From NCBI RefSeq assembly GCF_036971445.1, contig NC_091470.1, forward strand, positions 157,108,001 through 157,172,000: a stretch of DNA of 64,000 nt, in the 5' to 3' direction. Below the pieces are notes generated by a model. That model saw only the letters and a program-made list of their open reading frames with translations, was not told the origin of the DNA and did no database searches. The position numbers were made by a program, and so were the translations under genes. Shown here piece after piece: positions 37,421-50,750 of this stretch (position 1 is the stretch's first letter; every line of letters starts with the position of its first letter). This stretch comes from Narcine bancroftii (lineage: Eukaryota).

Positions 37421-40228
37421 CCATGAGCATTGGCTCAAATTCGTGCAGCCAGAGAATACACAAATGCAAGCCACTTAGTTAAGAGCCCACAGTGTATTCC
37501 TTTTGTCAAAATGTTTTGATTTTCTCCCTTCATTTCCCTTGTAGATTGTCAATCTTCTTATCAAGTGCCAACACCATCCACTTAGATTTCTCAACTTTAC
37601 TTGACAGGCTATTTGAAGTCTTAATGGGCGGTATGTGTTGATATTCATTAATAAGGGAGTGCAATCATGTTAACATGACATAAAGGATAATGAGCAGTCA
37701 GGATCAACAGCAAAAAAAACACAAGCTGAAGAAGGAACTCAGCAAGTTGAGCAGTATCAGTGGGAGGAAAACAAGTGGTCAACCTTTCAGGCCAGACCCT
37801 GCAAGGATTATCAACAGGGCCTCTCACTTACTAAACCGTTTACCATTAGAAAAAAATAACGTATAATTTATGGAATCAACCAGAACAACTTGATAGGATC
37901 TGGAAACCTTATATGGATTTTATTGCTACGACTTCATCTAAGGCGTCCGCCACTCACCTTAGTTAATTCAAGGTTCAAAATCATTATGTAAATTTGAAAT
38001 TTAACTAATCAAGAGGCTTTCTTTTCTTCTACCCTACTATTTTGGGGGGGGAGAAAATATGTATTCATTTTGCATCATTTTTTATTGTTCTTTATGATAT
38101 GGATAATACTGTACTTGTATTGATGCAAATGAAAAATAAAATTTACAAAAAAAAGGCCGTGCCTCTCACCATCTCAGAGCATGGAGGTGCGGTCACATGC
38201 TGCAATATAGAACACGGATACTGGGAAATTATCAACTGTATTGAAACATTAAGTGTGGCCAGGTACTCGAGTGTGTTGGATTCGATCAAACAATCGAATT
38301 TCGGAGTAACCCTTATCTGGGGTAGGTGCGCCCCAGCATCAAAAATGCTTGGCGCTGTGTAAACTTTGTTTGAACCCTAAATAATAAAATGCAGCACAGC
38401 TAAAAGCAGGCCAATGCATTGCATTCCAATTCAGGAAAAACACAAAGCAAAATCTAAGAATACAATCTTAACTCAATTTTAAGACAACATTCTGAGGCTC
38501 CAGTTAGGTCTCTCTCCGCTTGAAAGCAGAACTTGAAACAGACAAAACCCCAGTGCTTGCAACCCCATAGGAGTTGATTATACTACAATAATAAATCCCT
38601 CCTCGCCTTTTATTAATACTTTCCCCAATACCTACTAACTGCTCAACTATTCTGGCTTCTGGTACAGCCTTCCGACAGAGCAGATTTCCCCCTCACCCTC
38701 TCTTGGCCTTCCAGTCATAACACTATTCACATGGCTTTCTTAAATACAAGTAACCAGGCTATAGTCCTGCTGCCTAATTCAATGTTATGTGAAAGCTGAA
38801 AGGATCCCATTTGCTCCAAACCTGCTGGGATAAGGATATGCAATCTAGTGATTGGGAAACGATTAAATGTCCTAACACTGAAATTGCTGATGAACAAACC
38901 TGGGGTTATCTGAGGAGATTTAGCAAATATCTTGTTGATTTCAAAGAGATTCAAAGAGTATACATGAGCAGAACCAGAAAAGAATGACACCTCACCACAA
39001 CCTCTCACATTCAAAAGTGTGTAGAAACTGTTGTGGTCACAGTCATAATGAGACACCTTTTCATTGTAATTGTTTTGAAAGTACCATGTATATATTAAAA
39101 GAAATCAATGGAAACACTTGGGGTACTAACAACCAATTTAGAGTGAAATATATTTCAATTTGTAGGAACAAACATTGCTGTATTTCAATTCCCATGATCT
39201 AGTTTTTATATGTAATCGATGTGATTCACATTTCAAATTTAAATCAACACTGTGGGGGGGGGGGGGGGGGTCTCCACATCATTTGTGATGTTAAATTTTG
39301 TCAGTACAAGCAAATTCCACTCCAGTCGATAAAGGAATTCACTTGCATAGCAAGCATTACCTCTCAACATTCAAAACAGTCCATAATATTTAACCTGTAT
39401 CCCATCAAGTTCCCAGGAACAGACATCTCCAGCAAGTGATCCATGTCAACACAATGGCCAGGAAAGCACGTCAGCACCCCTACTTCCTCAGCATCCTGAG
39501 CACGTCGCCTACATTTCTTCACTTCTACAATGCGTCAGTGAATATGCCCCAAGATGGTGCACCTTGCAGTGATTAGTCAGTTCTTGGAAAGACAGGATTC
39601 CAAAAATTAAAATCTAATTTCTAAATTCTCCACTTAGACCTAAACGACTAACCCCTGTTCTTGATTTATTCTTGGAATATCTTAATTTGAGATTATCCAT
39701 CTTGAGGAAGGAGCTTCACAAAGGTATGAGGAAGACTGGAAAAGTTGATAGTAAATAATGTTGCATATAATACCAGCACAATTCCAAGGGCCTACATGAC
39801 CTGCCAATGCTTCAGCCAGAAGCAATGACAAGGATGGTTTCTGAATAATTAGAAACCTCTGCATTTAAGCATTGAATCACCAGTTCTATTGCTACATACC
39901 AAACATAGAACTTGGTTCCAATGCAGAGAAATGGGAATAGTACAGGAGAGTAAAAGAGGTCTACATTGATATGGTGGGCCAATGGGCTCACTTTAGTATG
40001 CAAAAAGCAACTCTATAATAGGATGCGCAGAGAGGGGCAGGCCAGCAGAGGTTTTTTTTTAATCTAAGTGCAATGACAGGGCTTGGTTTAAACAGAGCAG
40101 AAGAAATTCATGTTATTTTTTAAACATTTTATTTAAGAATTTTAATAAAACACCACATTCATGTATACATAATCAATAAAACTAAAAAATTCATGTTGAA
40201 GCACCACCTACTTGCATTTATTAGTCCT

Positions 40229-40591
40229 GTGGGCACACTGGGCTCTTTTGGAAAGCGTGGGCACACTGGGCTCTTTTGGAAAGCGTGGGCACACTGGGCT
40301 CTTTTGGAAAGCGTGGGCACACTGGGCTCTTTTGGAAAGCGTGGGCACACTGGGCTCTTTTGGAAAGCGTGGGCACACTGGGCTCTTTTGGAAAGCGTGG
40401 GCACACTGGGCTCTTTTGGAAAGCGTGGGCACACTGGGCTCTTTTGGAAAGTGTGGGCACACTGGGCTCTTTTGGAAAGTGTGGGCACACTGGGCTCTTT
40501 TGGAAAGCGTGGGCACACTGGGCTCTTTTGGAAAGTGTGGGAACACTGGGCTCTTTTGGAAAGTGTGGGCACACTGGGCTCTTTTGGAAAG
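40229..40591. repeat. 28-bp minisatellite, 13 near-identical copies (GTGGGCACACTGGGCTCTTTTGGAAAGY)
   Basis: Exact 28-nt period from 40229 to a last unit starting at 40565. Confidence 0.97.
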
Positions 40592-40746
40592 AAATTGGTG
40601 GATTTGAATTGGAGAGAAATGCTGAGTGAGGAGAAGCTGGGGTGGGAAACTAAAAGCATACCAATGCCATGTGACTGGTCACTCAAACAAGATGAGAAAT
40701 TCTGTTAATTCTCTTTCTCTGAACAGCCAATTCCTGTAGAGTTCTA

Positions 40747-40941
40747 GTAAAACCACAATGCTGGAGAAACTCAGCAGGTCAAATAGTGTACTTCATTGAG
40801 GTATCTTGATGAAGGGCTCAAGCCCAAAATGTTGGTTATGTATTTTTATCTTTGCTATATAAAGGACACTGTTTGACCTACTGAGTTTCTCCAGCATTGT
40901 GTTTTTACTTCAACCAGTGTCCACAGACTTTCATATTTTAC
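40747..40941 (+). mobile_element. 195-bp Penelope-derived hairpin element with 15-bp TSD
   Basis: TCCTGTAGAGTTCTA at 40732-40746 and 40942-40956; ~43-bp internal inverted repeat; hammerhead-like motif in the loop. Confidence 0.8.
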
Positions 40942-41349
40942 TCCTGTAGAGTTCTAATTTGAATGATCTTAAAGAATTAACATTCCTTTACCAACAGGCC
41001 CAAAGTGCTAATTCATGTTATTTACAAAAAAATTCTGTTGACACAGAAAAGCTCTGACAAATTCACCATCCCAATCTAAATCAGAGCAGCTGCATGAGCC
41101 TCAATGATGTACACACAACTGAACAGAACCCAAATTTGCACTTCCATCACAAATCACTTTTTAGACAAAAGGAATTCAGTGAAGCAGGTTTTGGAATTTA
41201 AGAACCTACTCTATGAGCAGAGTAAAGATCTATAAATATCAATGAAATCATTGTCTATAAACGCTGATCTTTTAAATTAATGATAAACCACCACCAGAAC
41301 ACAGTGTTCCTTACTCTTCCAAAGTGTAGGAATTTACATCCTTTTTTTA

Positions 41350-41795
41350 AATCCTGCAACCAGGTGGTGGTCTGTGCCCAACATATGCGAGACAGTATAC
41401 CACAAAGGGTTTCAGACTCTGGGGGAGCAGTGAGCCAATACAGGGCACCAGAAATCGGGAACTCCCCTCATTGAGGAGAAGCATGAGAGATGACCCCCCA
41501 CAGAGAAGGTGACCATGGCAGTGGACCACTGAGGGGTTCATTAGTTGGAAGACCAGGATTCGAGAGGGCGCAGAAGAGCCTCAGGTGCTGAAGGCTTCCT
41601 GATCATATCGGAGGTTATGTGGGGCTGTAGGAGTGCTGGAGGTGAATCTGCCGACACTTAGTGTCTCTGAAGGAACTCTCTCCTCTTGTTAGGGGCAATG
41701 CTCATGACAACTCTGTTTGCCTTATGGCAGACAAAAATTGAAGAATATCATGTACACTATATTTATATTACATGACAATAAAGGGAACCTTGAAC
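41350..41795 (+). mobile_element. Unclassified interspersed repeat with CATGACAATAAA tail
   Basis: Similar to 60970-61935 (shared GACACTYAG..CTCTG..GGCAATGCT.ATG..TGCCT..GGCA..ATTACATGACAAT). Confidence 0.55.
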
Positions 41796-42404
41796 ATTCC
41801 TGACAGTTAATAAAACACAATCTACTGTATTCCAAGATGCCCCATTAGTATACATGCAGTCTTGATTGCAAGAGTTCTGTTGCACTGATCAAGTCCATCA
41901 TAGCAAGGAAAAGAAAGTTCTAGTGCATCTGATGGTCTACTGCTTTGTCAGTTTACAAGCAACAGAACACATTCACTTTTTAAGAATTCAATCAAGTTGC
42001 AGAAGAGAACAAACTTGATACTTTGAGCAAAGAAAGAACCCACAGTGAGTGCAATCTTCTGCATGAGTAAGGCTTTCAGTTTTCTGGATCTCTGATACGC
42101 ACAGAAATGGATTGTGGACTGTTCACCCAGAGGAGAAAAGTACAGCTGCCCTTGGGGAAATCCACATTTATTTCCAATATGGGGAATTCTGTGTGTGGCA
42201 TTGGAAATCAGAAAATCCCAGATTGTTTGATCCAGGTTTAACCAAGATACCAATGAAATTTAGCTTCTAGAATTGCCATTCAGCGGTGCAAAGTAAGTTG
42301 GACAACCTGTGGGAAACAGACCCTTGGACTGAAGATTGCAGGGCTCTCTGAAAATAAACTGAAGGATTACAATCCTTGATATGCTATATCTCTGCATTTC
42401 ACAA

Positions 42405-42945
42405 GATCACAAGCAGAAGCAGGCCCATCGAGTTTGCTCTGTCATTCTAATCACGAGCTGATCCACCCACCCACTCATCCCCACTCCTCGGTTTTCTCCC
42501 CGTAACCCTTGATGCCCTGATGATTCAAATTCCTGTCAATTTCTGCCTTAAATACACCCAACGACCTCACTCCCACCGCCATCTGTGGCAATTTCCACAG
42601 ACGCGATCCTTTGAATAAAGACATTCTTCTGCATCTCGATTTTAAATCGACACCCTTTTATCTTGAAATGTTGCCCTCTTGTCCTAGAATCCCCTACCAT
42701 GGGAAACATCCTTGCCACATCTACTCTATCCAGGTCTTTCAGCGTTCGAAATACCTCTATGGAGGTCCCCTCTCATCTTTCTGTACTCCAACAAGCACAG
42801 TTCAAGAGCTGACAATCTTTCCTTATATTCTAATCCTTTCATTCCTGGTATCAATCTAGAAAATCTTCTCTCAACCCTCCCCAGCACCAGCACATCTTTT
42901 CTCAAATAGGGTGCCCAAAACTGTGCACAGTACTCCAAGTGAGGT
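42405..42945 (-). mobile_element. CR1-clade LINE 3' fragment
   Basis: EYCAQFWAPYLRKDVLVLGRVERRFSRLIPGMKGLEYKERL. Confidence 0.88.
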
Positions 42946-44913
42946 CAAGTATGTTAGTAGGTTGGTTACAAAGGGGGCCTTTCCAATCTTACAAAGGCTA
43001 CGGATAATCAAAGGGCTGACTTGATACCCAACTTTCATCTCAAACCAAGATGGAGACCCATTTTAAACTTTTCTCCTCTGGATCCAGAGGCACAGAATTG
43101 TTGCCTGGTAAGACAAATATCTCATGAGAAAAAATGGGGTCTATTCACTGCTGATGCAAAATGGATCTGGGCTGGGAGTATTTCTGAATATCGTGTGCAT
43201 TCAAATCCTTCAGAATGAAACATCAGACAACCTTTTAAAAGAGCAACAGAAATCTAATGAAAACTTCAGTGGTTTTGTCATCAGAACATACCTTGAATAT
43301 CTTGATCTCCAGTTGATCAGCTTCTCATGGTCTCTTCCTCCTTATTACTCTGCCATTGGTCATACCCAAGTGTCTCCTTGCCCATGTTATGCCTAGCTGA
43401 TTGGATTTCTTAATGTCCACCGACGATCTTCTCAGCTATCAAGACTTATAAAATTCAATATTTCTGCAAGATACTACTGATGACCAACAACTTGTTACAA
43501 ATGTCGTGGTTCAATTTCCTTTGAAGCGTAGATTAGTCGCACAGCTGAATTGTGGCAGCAACATGCACAGCAAAATCCAAATAGAAACTGTTCTGTGACC
43601 AGTTACCAGCTTTTAATGATTTTACTTCAGTACAGGCATCTGAGATTTCCTGGATTCAAACACTGCAGTCACCTGATATATAGGCAGAGTCGAGACCTAA
43701 TACCTCCAAGATGGATCATTAAAAAAATGTAGCATTCACTGCACTGAAGCGTCAACCTAAGTTGTATCCCATTCCTAGAACAGAACTAGTATAGTATTCG
43801 GATTCATGTCTTAGATGATGGTACAAAAAATTATGATGAGCACTGAAGAAACTAGTGAATACACATTTTTACTGAACCTTTCCAGGTGCTCAGTCAATAA
43901 CTTGTATGGAGTGGTCTATGCATGTCATGTCAAACAGCAGTCTGTAAGGAGTTTGTACATTTTCCCATGTCCACATGGGTTTCCTCCTACCCTTCAGAAC
44001 ATCCCAGGGTTGTAGGTTAATAGGCTCAGCCTGTCAGGCAACATCCATAGAGAGAAATGTCAGGTCAACATTTCAGGTTGGGGCCCTTTTCAGGCTCGTT
44101 TCTCCCCATGGACCCGACTGACCCGCCGAGTCTCTCCAGCTTCTTATTGTTTCCTCAAGATTTCAGCTTGTGCACCTCCTGTCTTTCTTAAGTCTGGAAG
44201 TATGTTTTGAATTAACCCGATTGACGATACTTTAAAAAGTCAGCCGAGACAAAAAAAAGGTACTTGTCGCACGTCAGTCAGATGGCACAAAGCCATTAAT
44301 CTTGAGTGACTTCCTGTGTTTGCCTTCTATATTTCACACCAGACAATCAAGTGCAATATTTAAGAAAAGAAACTCTGGCAGGTATTTTTTTTTTTAATAC
44401 GTTGCTTGCTCTATATTTTAAAAAAACTAGAGCATGCTACTAATAAATATACAAAGTCTACTGGAGCAGCCAATCTTTTTTTTCTTCGCTTTGTCCCCCT
44501 TAGGACTCTGCTCAAAGTTTCTGGGTCCTCCCCCCCACCCCCCATGTGAAGCAGTCGTTTAGTGCTTTTTTTCCTGTACTTCTCTCCTACTGACTACATA
44601 AAAAAAAAACAAAAGATATTTTATGATTTCACTGCTGCCCAACCCCAAAAGAGCTGTGGCCCCCTCCCGTTAACAATGACTGCGCTAGGGCATGCTACTC
44701 AATGCTTTGGAGACTGATGAGATGTTAATCCTCTCATACAAAGGATCCTTGGCAAGCTTCAAGATGATGTGGTCAGGGAGGAACAAGCAACGAGTCCAGA
44801 TTCTGATATGTCATTCTGTTTGCATTCTCAGCGGAGCAAGCAGTTATTTATCCATGTTTTCCAACAGGCCACAGACTTCTGCACCACTCAAGCAGGCAAT
44901 ACTTCTTGTAGCT

Positions 44914-45048
44914 CAGTGATTTTCAAACTTTTTCTTTCCACACACATACCACCTTAAGAAATCCCTTACTAATCACAGAGCACTATGGCATAGGATTACG
45001 CTACTTAAAGAAGTATGCAAGTGGAAAGAAAGAGTTTGAAAACTGCTG
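44914..45048. mobile_element. 135-bp hAT (Charlie-type) MITE
   Basis: 28-bp TIRs CAGTGATTTTCAAACTTTTTCTTTCCAC / GTGGAAAGAAAGAGTTTGAAAACTGCTG; 8-bp TSD TTGTAGCT / TTGTAGAT. Confidence 0.88.
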
Positions 45049-45389
45049 TTGTAGATTAATCCAATCTACTGCATACCTTCACACTTAAATAGGTTCTCAT
45101 TTTAAATTCCTAGTCGGAGGAACTTGAAAGAAAACCAAAAAAAATCTAATGGCTTTAAGATGGCAAAATCACCAGGACAGATTGTGTTTACTCCAGATTA
45201 TTAAAATAAATGAGGAAACTGCAGGCAAATTAAATAAAGGTTTCCAAATCATTAAAGTTCTAAGGCTTAAGACATTCTCCAGAAACTTTAGGTACATGGG
45301 AGTGGGGATTTTCAGGGGCAGTAAACGGATGCGAACCAATGATGCACGGGTGGGCAGGTCACAACTACCTGATCTAATTAAGGTATACA

Positions 45390-45845
45390 AGAAATCTGCG
45401 GATGTTGGAGTCTACTGCAGTTCACACAGAAATGCTGGAGAAACTCGGGTCAACGCAGCATCCATAGAAAGGAAAAGGCAGTCGCCATTTCAGGCCTGAC
45501 CCTTTCTTCAGGAGTGTGGGAAACCAGACAGAAACCAAAATAAGGTGGGGTGGGGCAGGAGACCTGGCTAGGTGATATGTAGATACCAGTGGGAGGGGGG
45601 GACCGAGGAGGTGAGGGGGAGAGGGTAGAGAATTAAAAAAGATAGCTCTCTGGTAGAAAGGGAACAGGCTGGGAAGCTGGAGATAGGGGATAAGAGCCCA
45701 TGTTCCTCCCCCTTCCACACTGCCTGATTTTGGGCATCTGTCTGATTTGTGGCACCCTAAGGGGCTCAGGCCTGAAACGTTGACTGTCTTTTGCTTTCTA
45801 TGGATGCTGCATTGCCTGTTGAGTTTGTCCAGCACTTTTGTGTTC
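45390..45845. mobile_element. Penelope-derived element with ~80-bp inverted terminal repeats
   Basis: 45425-45502 and 45762-45842 are reverse complements; CTGAAGA...GAAA hammerhead-like core on the minus strand at 45479-45516. Confidence 0.75.
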
Positions 45846-46589
45846 TGTACCTCATCTAATTATATACTTTGAGGTCATGAGCTTGTCATTATTGACAATT
45901 AACATAGAAAGGAACAAAAATTGTGACTTCGCTAAGAAGCAAACTGAGTTTGGACATGATTTACACGAGTTCAATCAGTTGGTGGTACCTAACAAGGATC
46001 TAATGATCTATTGGGGGTACCACCACATATTACAGACAAACTACAAATCCAACTCTATAGACAACTTAAAATTAAGAGGAACAGAACAGTAAATTCCCAA
46101 AATAAGGAAATTAGAAATGGACTTTGTTAAATGAATAAAATGTTAAGAGACTTCTCAAAATATGAATGAAACCTCAACCACTTGATTTATAGAAACATTT
46201 TCTTAAATGGTGAGATGAAAAGATATTTAAGCACTTATGTATGTTAATTACTGAAAGGAAAAGCACACAACCAAAATAATAAAGCTAATGAAATGATAAT
46301 CCTGCGATTACTCCACTGGGAAAAGTGATGCTTCAGATGTAGAACTCATTTAAAATAGTGTTTAATAATAACTTCAAACTTTAGGGGAAAACATACTGGG
46401 CTTGAATGCATCAAAATAGAAAATTTAAGCTTTAAGTTTACTAAAGCTACTAAAATTTGATTTTTACTTGCTTAAAAAAAACTCATTAGATGTTCTAATC
46501 GAGTTAATGGGCGAGAATCTGAAATGAGGTCATAATTTAATATTAGACCCAGACCATTCCAGAATTTATAATTTTTAAAAAAAATTTAG

Positions 46590-46768
46590 ATATGCATATT
46601 TAAATTTAGACATGGAACACAGTAACAGGCCTTTTCGGCCCACGAGCCCATGCCAGTCAGATACATCCAATTAGCCTACAACCCCCAGTACATTTTGAAA
46701 GGAGGACACAGGATTCGAACCCCAGTCCTAGTTGCTGGCACTGTAACAGTGTATGGCTATCCTAACCA
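46590..46768 (-). mobile_element. V-SINE (HE1-like), internally deleted
   Basis: Tail AAATTTAGACAT..GTAACAGGCC and B-box-like GGATTCGAACCC shared with other copies. Confidence 0.75.
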
Positions 46769-47269
46769 TAAGAAAACTCAAAAGCTCTGGAATTACACCC
46801 AGGGTATTCCAGAAAGAAACACAATGCACAAATTTGTGGAAATCTTAAACTTACAAAAAAAAAACCAAGCAGGGTCAAGAATTTTTCATAACTTGTGAGG
46901 TTGACGGTCAGGCATACCAAGGGATATGATGCAAGCCTCATAAAAGCCAGTCATTGCTGACTTATGCTAGCTAGAATGAGACAACCCTGATACCCCTTTC
47001 CTTCAGAAATATTTCTGAGAAGTATCTGATATCAACTCTGATGAATCACTTCAATTCAAATACTGTGGGTTCCCAGGTGGCTGATGGTGCCAAGGTGGGA
47101 CCTGTCGACTCTGCCACGAGGAGGAAACAGTGCAAGACAGGGTAGGTGAGTAACTTGGAGGTGACAAGTGTCTTCCCTGTGCTCCAATTAAATCTACAAG
47201 GTTGTTAAAGCCATTTTGAGTGGATACAGTGAACAGTGGGGACATTATAATTTTTAAAACAGAAACTTG

Positions 47270-48245
47270 TTCTATGCAAATAGCAACGGTTGAAGGCTGC
47301 AAATGGCAGACTTGCCTTCATCAATCTGTACATCAAGAACAGAAGCAGAGATGTCATGTTACAACTGTAGATGTTGGTGAGACCACATTTGGAGTCTTGT
47401 CCAGTTCCAGTGACAGTGTTAAAGGAAAGATGACATTAAGGTGAAAATGGTACAGAAAGAATTCATGAGAATGTTACTGAGACTGGCAGGCTTAAATTGT
47501 AAGGAGAGCTTGGGACTTTTCTCCTGTAATTTAATCCAAAGTGGTGAGTTTAGAAGTTTACAAAAGCATGAAGGGTATAGATAACAAATAGCTACACACA
47601 TTTTCTCAGGGTAGAGGAGTATAAAACTAGAAAGATTAGATTTAAGATGAGAGGGGAGATTTAAAAAGAGACTCAAGAGGCACCTTTTTGCACACAGACA
47701 ATGGAATAAGCTGCCAGAGGCAGTGGTAGAAATATTAAATTTAAACATAAAGCACGGAGGGGGGAAAAAGGGGAGAAAATGAGACTGTGTATATTCAAGA
47801 GGGAAAAGTTTGTGTGTATTTTGGTTAATATGGTTCATAGTATGAAAAATAAAAAAATTTAAAAAAAACATAAAGCATGGTAACAGGACCTTTCGGCCCA
47901 TGAGCATATGCCACCCAATTAACCTACAACCCCCAGTACATTTTGAACAGTGGGAGGAAACTGGAGCCCCTGGAGAAACCCCAAGCAGACAATAGGAGAA
48001 TGTAAAAACTCCTTACAGTGGGGATTCGAACTCCAGTCCCAATAGCTGGCGCTGTAACATTGTTGCGCTAACCATGCTGCCCAATGGGTATGGCAAGTTT
48101 AAAAATATTTTGATACATGATTATAAAAAGTTTAGAGTGATATGGACCAGACACAGACATACGGAACGAGCTTAGATAACTTTGTCCACTATAGACAAGT
48201 TGTGCCAAATGGCCCTTATCTATGCTGTAAAACTCTACAACTCTT
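47270..48245. mobile_element. Nested insertion: CR1 (+) containing a V-SINE (-, ~47736-48080) containing an L1 3' tail (+, ~47758-47865)
   Basis: L1 tail matches the reverse complement of 4110-4210 and is flanked by AAACATAAAGCA at 47743-47754 and 47866-47877; CR1 sequence resumes after 48080. Confidence 0.8.
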
Positions 48246-48799
48246 AAAAACATGCTGCAACCTTTTAACCCAAAACTGATAATTGGCCTTCCACCAGGTG
48301 CTGCACAAGTTGCCTATTTTCCAGCATTTTCAGCTTTTATTTTTGATTTCCAGCATTTGCACTTTTTGATTTTTTTCTTCAATTTTTCAGGAACATTTGT
48401 GAATTTGTAATGGAACTCGAGGTAAATATGTTTGTTTCAAGAGTCTGGTAGCAGGCATGGAAACTTAACTTGCCCATTGGGCCCAATTGAGTATAATTAG
48501 GGCTGTAAAGCTGAGAATATTTGACCCGATAGAGGTCAGTGATATTTTATCTTGAAGCATTTTTGCAGGCTTTGTGTCCTTGTACAGGAGGGCTGGAATC
48601 ACGACAGTCTAGATAAGTATTAGCTTTGTGCAATACTTGGGATCTTAATCTTCAATCATTCTTCGCAAAAGCACTGACAGCAATACCGAATTTCATCACT
48701 GATGCCTGCCTTGGTGCAGTGGGAGCTCTGAAGATTCAGGAAACGGCATATTTTATGCAAATGCATCATAGCTTTTTATTGTCGGCAGCTGGTGTTGCA

Positions 48800-49930
48800 C
48801 AGTGGGGAGTTCGGCGGAGGGCCTATCTTAGCAGAAGGGCCACTCCATCCTATCCTCACTGGAACAAGTCAACATCATCTTTGAGCTCCGCCTCCAAATG
48901 TGCAGGTAACACAGGCGTTGCTACAAACTGCAGCTTGATGAATGAAATTGGGGCAACCTTGGTTTTGTTGGCAGTGCTTGAAGAATTTCCCATTCACTTG
49001 CAAATTAGCTCCACATCAGCAAGAAGCTTGTGAGGTGCAGCATTGAAGCAAAAGACAATGAAGTGGTTGAGACAATCTGCCTTGAAATTGCATCTGTAAT
49101 GAACCCACTGATTAGATCATAGCTTGTTTGCCACTTGGCAGGTATGAAGATAAATTTCCAGTCAGCAAAATTTGAGAAGGTTGCTCCACGTTTCCACATA
49201 TTTAGTTTTCATAGGTGTATAGTGGTTGATGCAGTTCCCAGTTTTCCTCATGCAGTGAAGATCATGACTAATAGTACTTTCAAAAAGAAGGAATTTCTAC
49301 AGATTCTGGGAGCAGCTTTTCAACAGCTGTCAGGAGGCAGTTGAAGAAGAATCAAGTTATGAGTTTTTTGTGGCAGAAGACAGAAGACCCTTCTGAGGTG
49401 ACCACAAGCAGGGGCTTCTTTCTTTTCTTGCAGACAATTGTGTTCAAGCTTCCCATATTTTTTCCACATCTTGGAAGAGGATAGAGTTTGAATTTGCAGC
49501 TGAGGTTTCTCGGTGTGAAACCTCTGCAGGGAAATCATCTGTTCCAAAGGCCATCGTGCTTTTCAGCTCACAAGTGGCATTTTCAAAGTGTCACTCAAGG
49601 CAAGGCTGAACCAGCTCATTTGTGGAAAGAATCCAAGACACTCACAAAGGACAGACTATGAAGTTCAGTATTCTTTTCAGCGTGCACAAACTGGCTCTTC
49701 CCTTCACAAATGCTGCTCCATGCTCTCCTGAGGAAGGCTCTCAGGTGCTTGAGCCAAAAATGACATTGACAGCACAGGAAAAATTGTGCATATTAGTGTT
49801 ATTAGCAGGTTAACAGACCTCTTGCCTTCAAATGGCAGTTTCTATTTCAATGAACCATAGTTGTTTCCAATCCACGAGTGCCTTGGTCTTCAAGGTACAT
49901 CTCCAATCTCAGGTCCTGAAATTATTTTTG
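48800..49930 (-). mobile_element. Decayed RTE-clade LINE RT fragment
   Basis: Minus-strand KTKVAPISFIKLQFVATPVLPAHLEAELKDDVDLF resembles the RTE RT segment around the YADD motif (degenerate here). Confidence 0.6.
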
Positions 49931-50274
49931 ACAAGGGAAGACTCCCTCTACGTGGTAATCAATGTGAATTTCATAGTAGCCCAGACACTATGGACCATCA
50001 GCTGACACAGCCTTAGGACCAAGCTAATAAGAGATTAAGTAACAGAAAAAGATTTTTAAAAAGTATTCATCATGGCAGGGCAAAGCAAACTTCTTGCTCA
50101 GAAGTTTGGGCTCAGATGACATAATCCAACAGGTGAAACAGTTAGATTAGGTGTTGCATCTGATCCAAGTTGTGTAATTAAGTGTTTATTTAATCACCAA
50201 GGGATAAAGAAGGCTGAGAAATAAAATTAATATTGCCACATTTCATTAAGGTTTTGGCGAACCAAAGAAACTAA

Positions 50275-50750
50275 TACAGTGTGCAGTTCTGGTCACTTCA
50301 CTACAGGAAGGATGTCAATAAGATTGAAAGAGTGCAAAGAAAATTTTCCTCGGATGGTGCCGGGTCTTCAGGAGTTAAGTTGCAGGGAAAGATTAAACAA
50401 GTTAGGACTTTATTCCTTGAAACAAAGAAGAATGAGGGGAGATTTGATAGAGGTTTACAAGAGAGGTAGAGATAGAGTGGATGCAAGTAGGCTTTTTTCC
50501 ACTTGGATTGGGGGGAATAAATATAAGGGGTCATAATTTTAAGATAAAGGGGAATGGTTTAGGGGGAACTGGGGGAAAGCTCTTCATTCAAAAAGTCGTG
50601 GAAGTGTGGAATGAGCTGGCTTTTAAGAATAAATTGGATAGATACATGGATGGGAGAGATCTGGAGGGTTATGGAACTAGCAGAATAATGGTCGGCACAG
50701 ACTAGAAGGACCAAAGGGCCTGTTTTCTGAGCTATAGCATTCTATGTTCT
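50275..50750 (+). mobile_element. CR1-clade LINE 3' fragment
   Basis: QFWSLHYRKDVNKIERVQRKF, LGLYSLKQRRMRGDLIEVYK; TTCTATG tail. Confidence 0.9.

Noticed and set aside
40159-40708. Six overlapping repetitive ORFs and a CRISPR-like appearance
   Set aside because: A head-to-tail 28-bp tandem repeat with no spacers and no cas genes, in vertebrate DNA.
43292-43435. 144-nt AG...GT bounded minus-strand segment, about the length I expected for SSU72 exon 2
   Set aside because: The required phase gives an immediate TGA, there is no similarity to SSU72, the pyrimidine tract is weak and the donor is not U12-type.
34590-44700. Repeat-free stretches that look like conserved non-coding elements (~34590-35100, ~37440-37700, ~44200-44700)
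   Set aside because: Conservation cannot be judged from one sequence; needs multi-species alignment.
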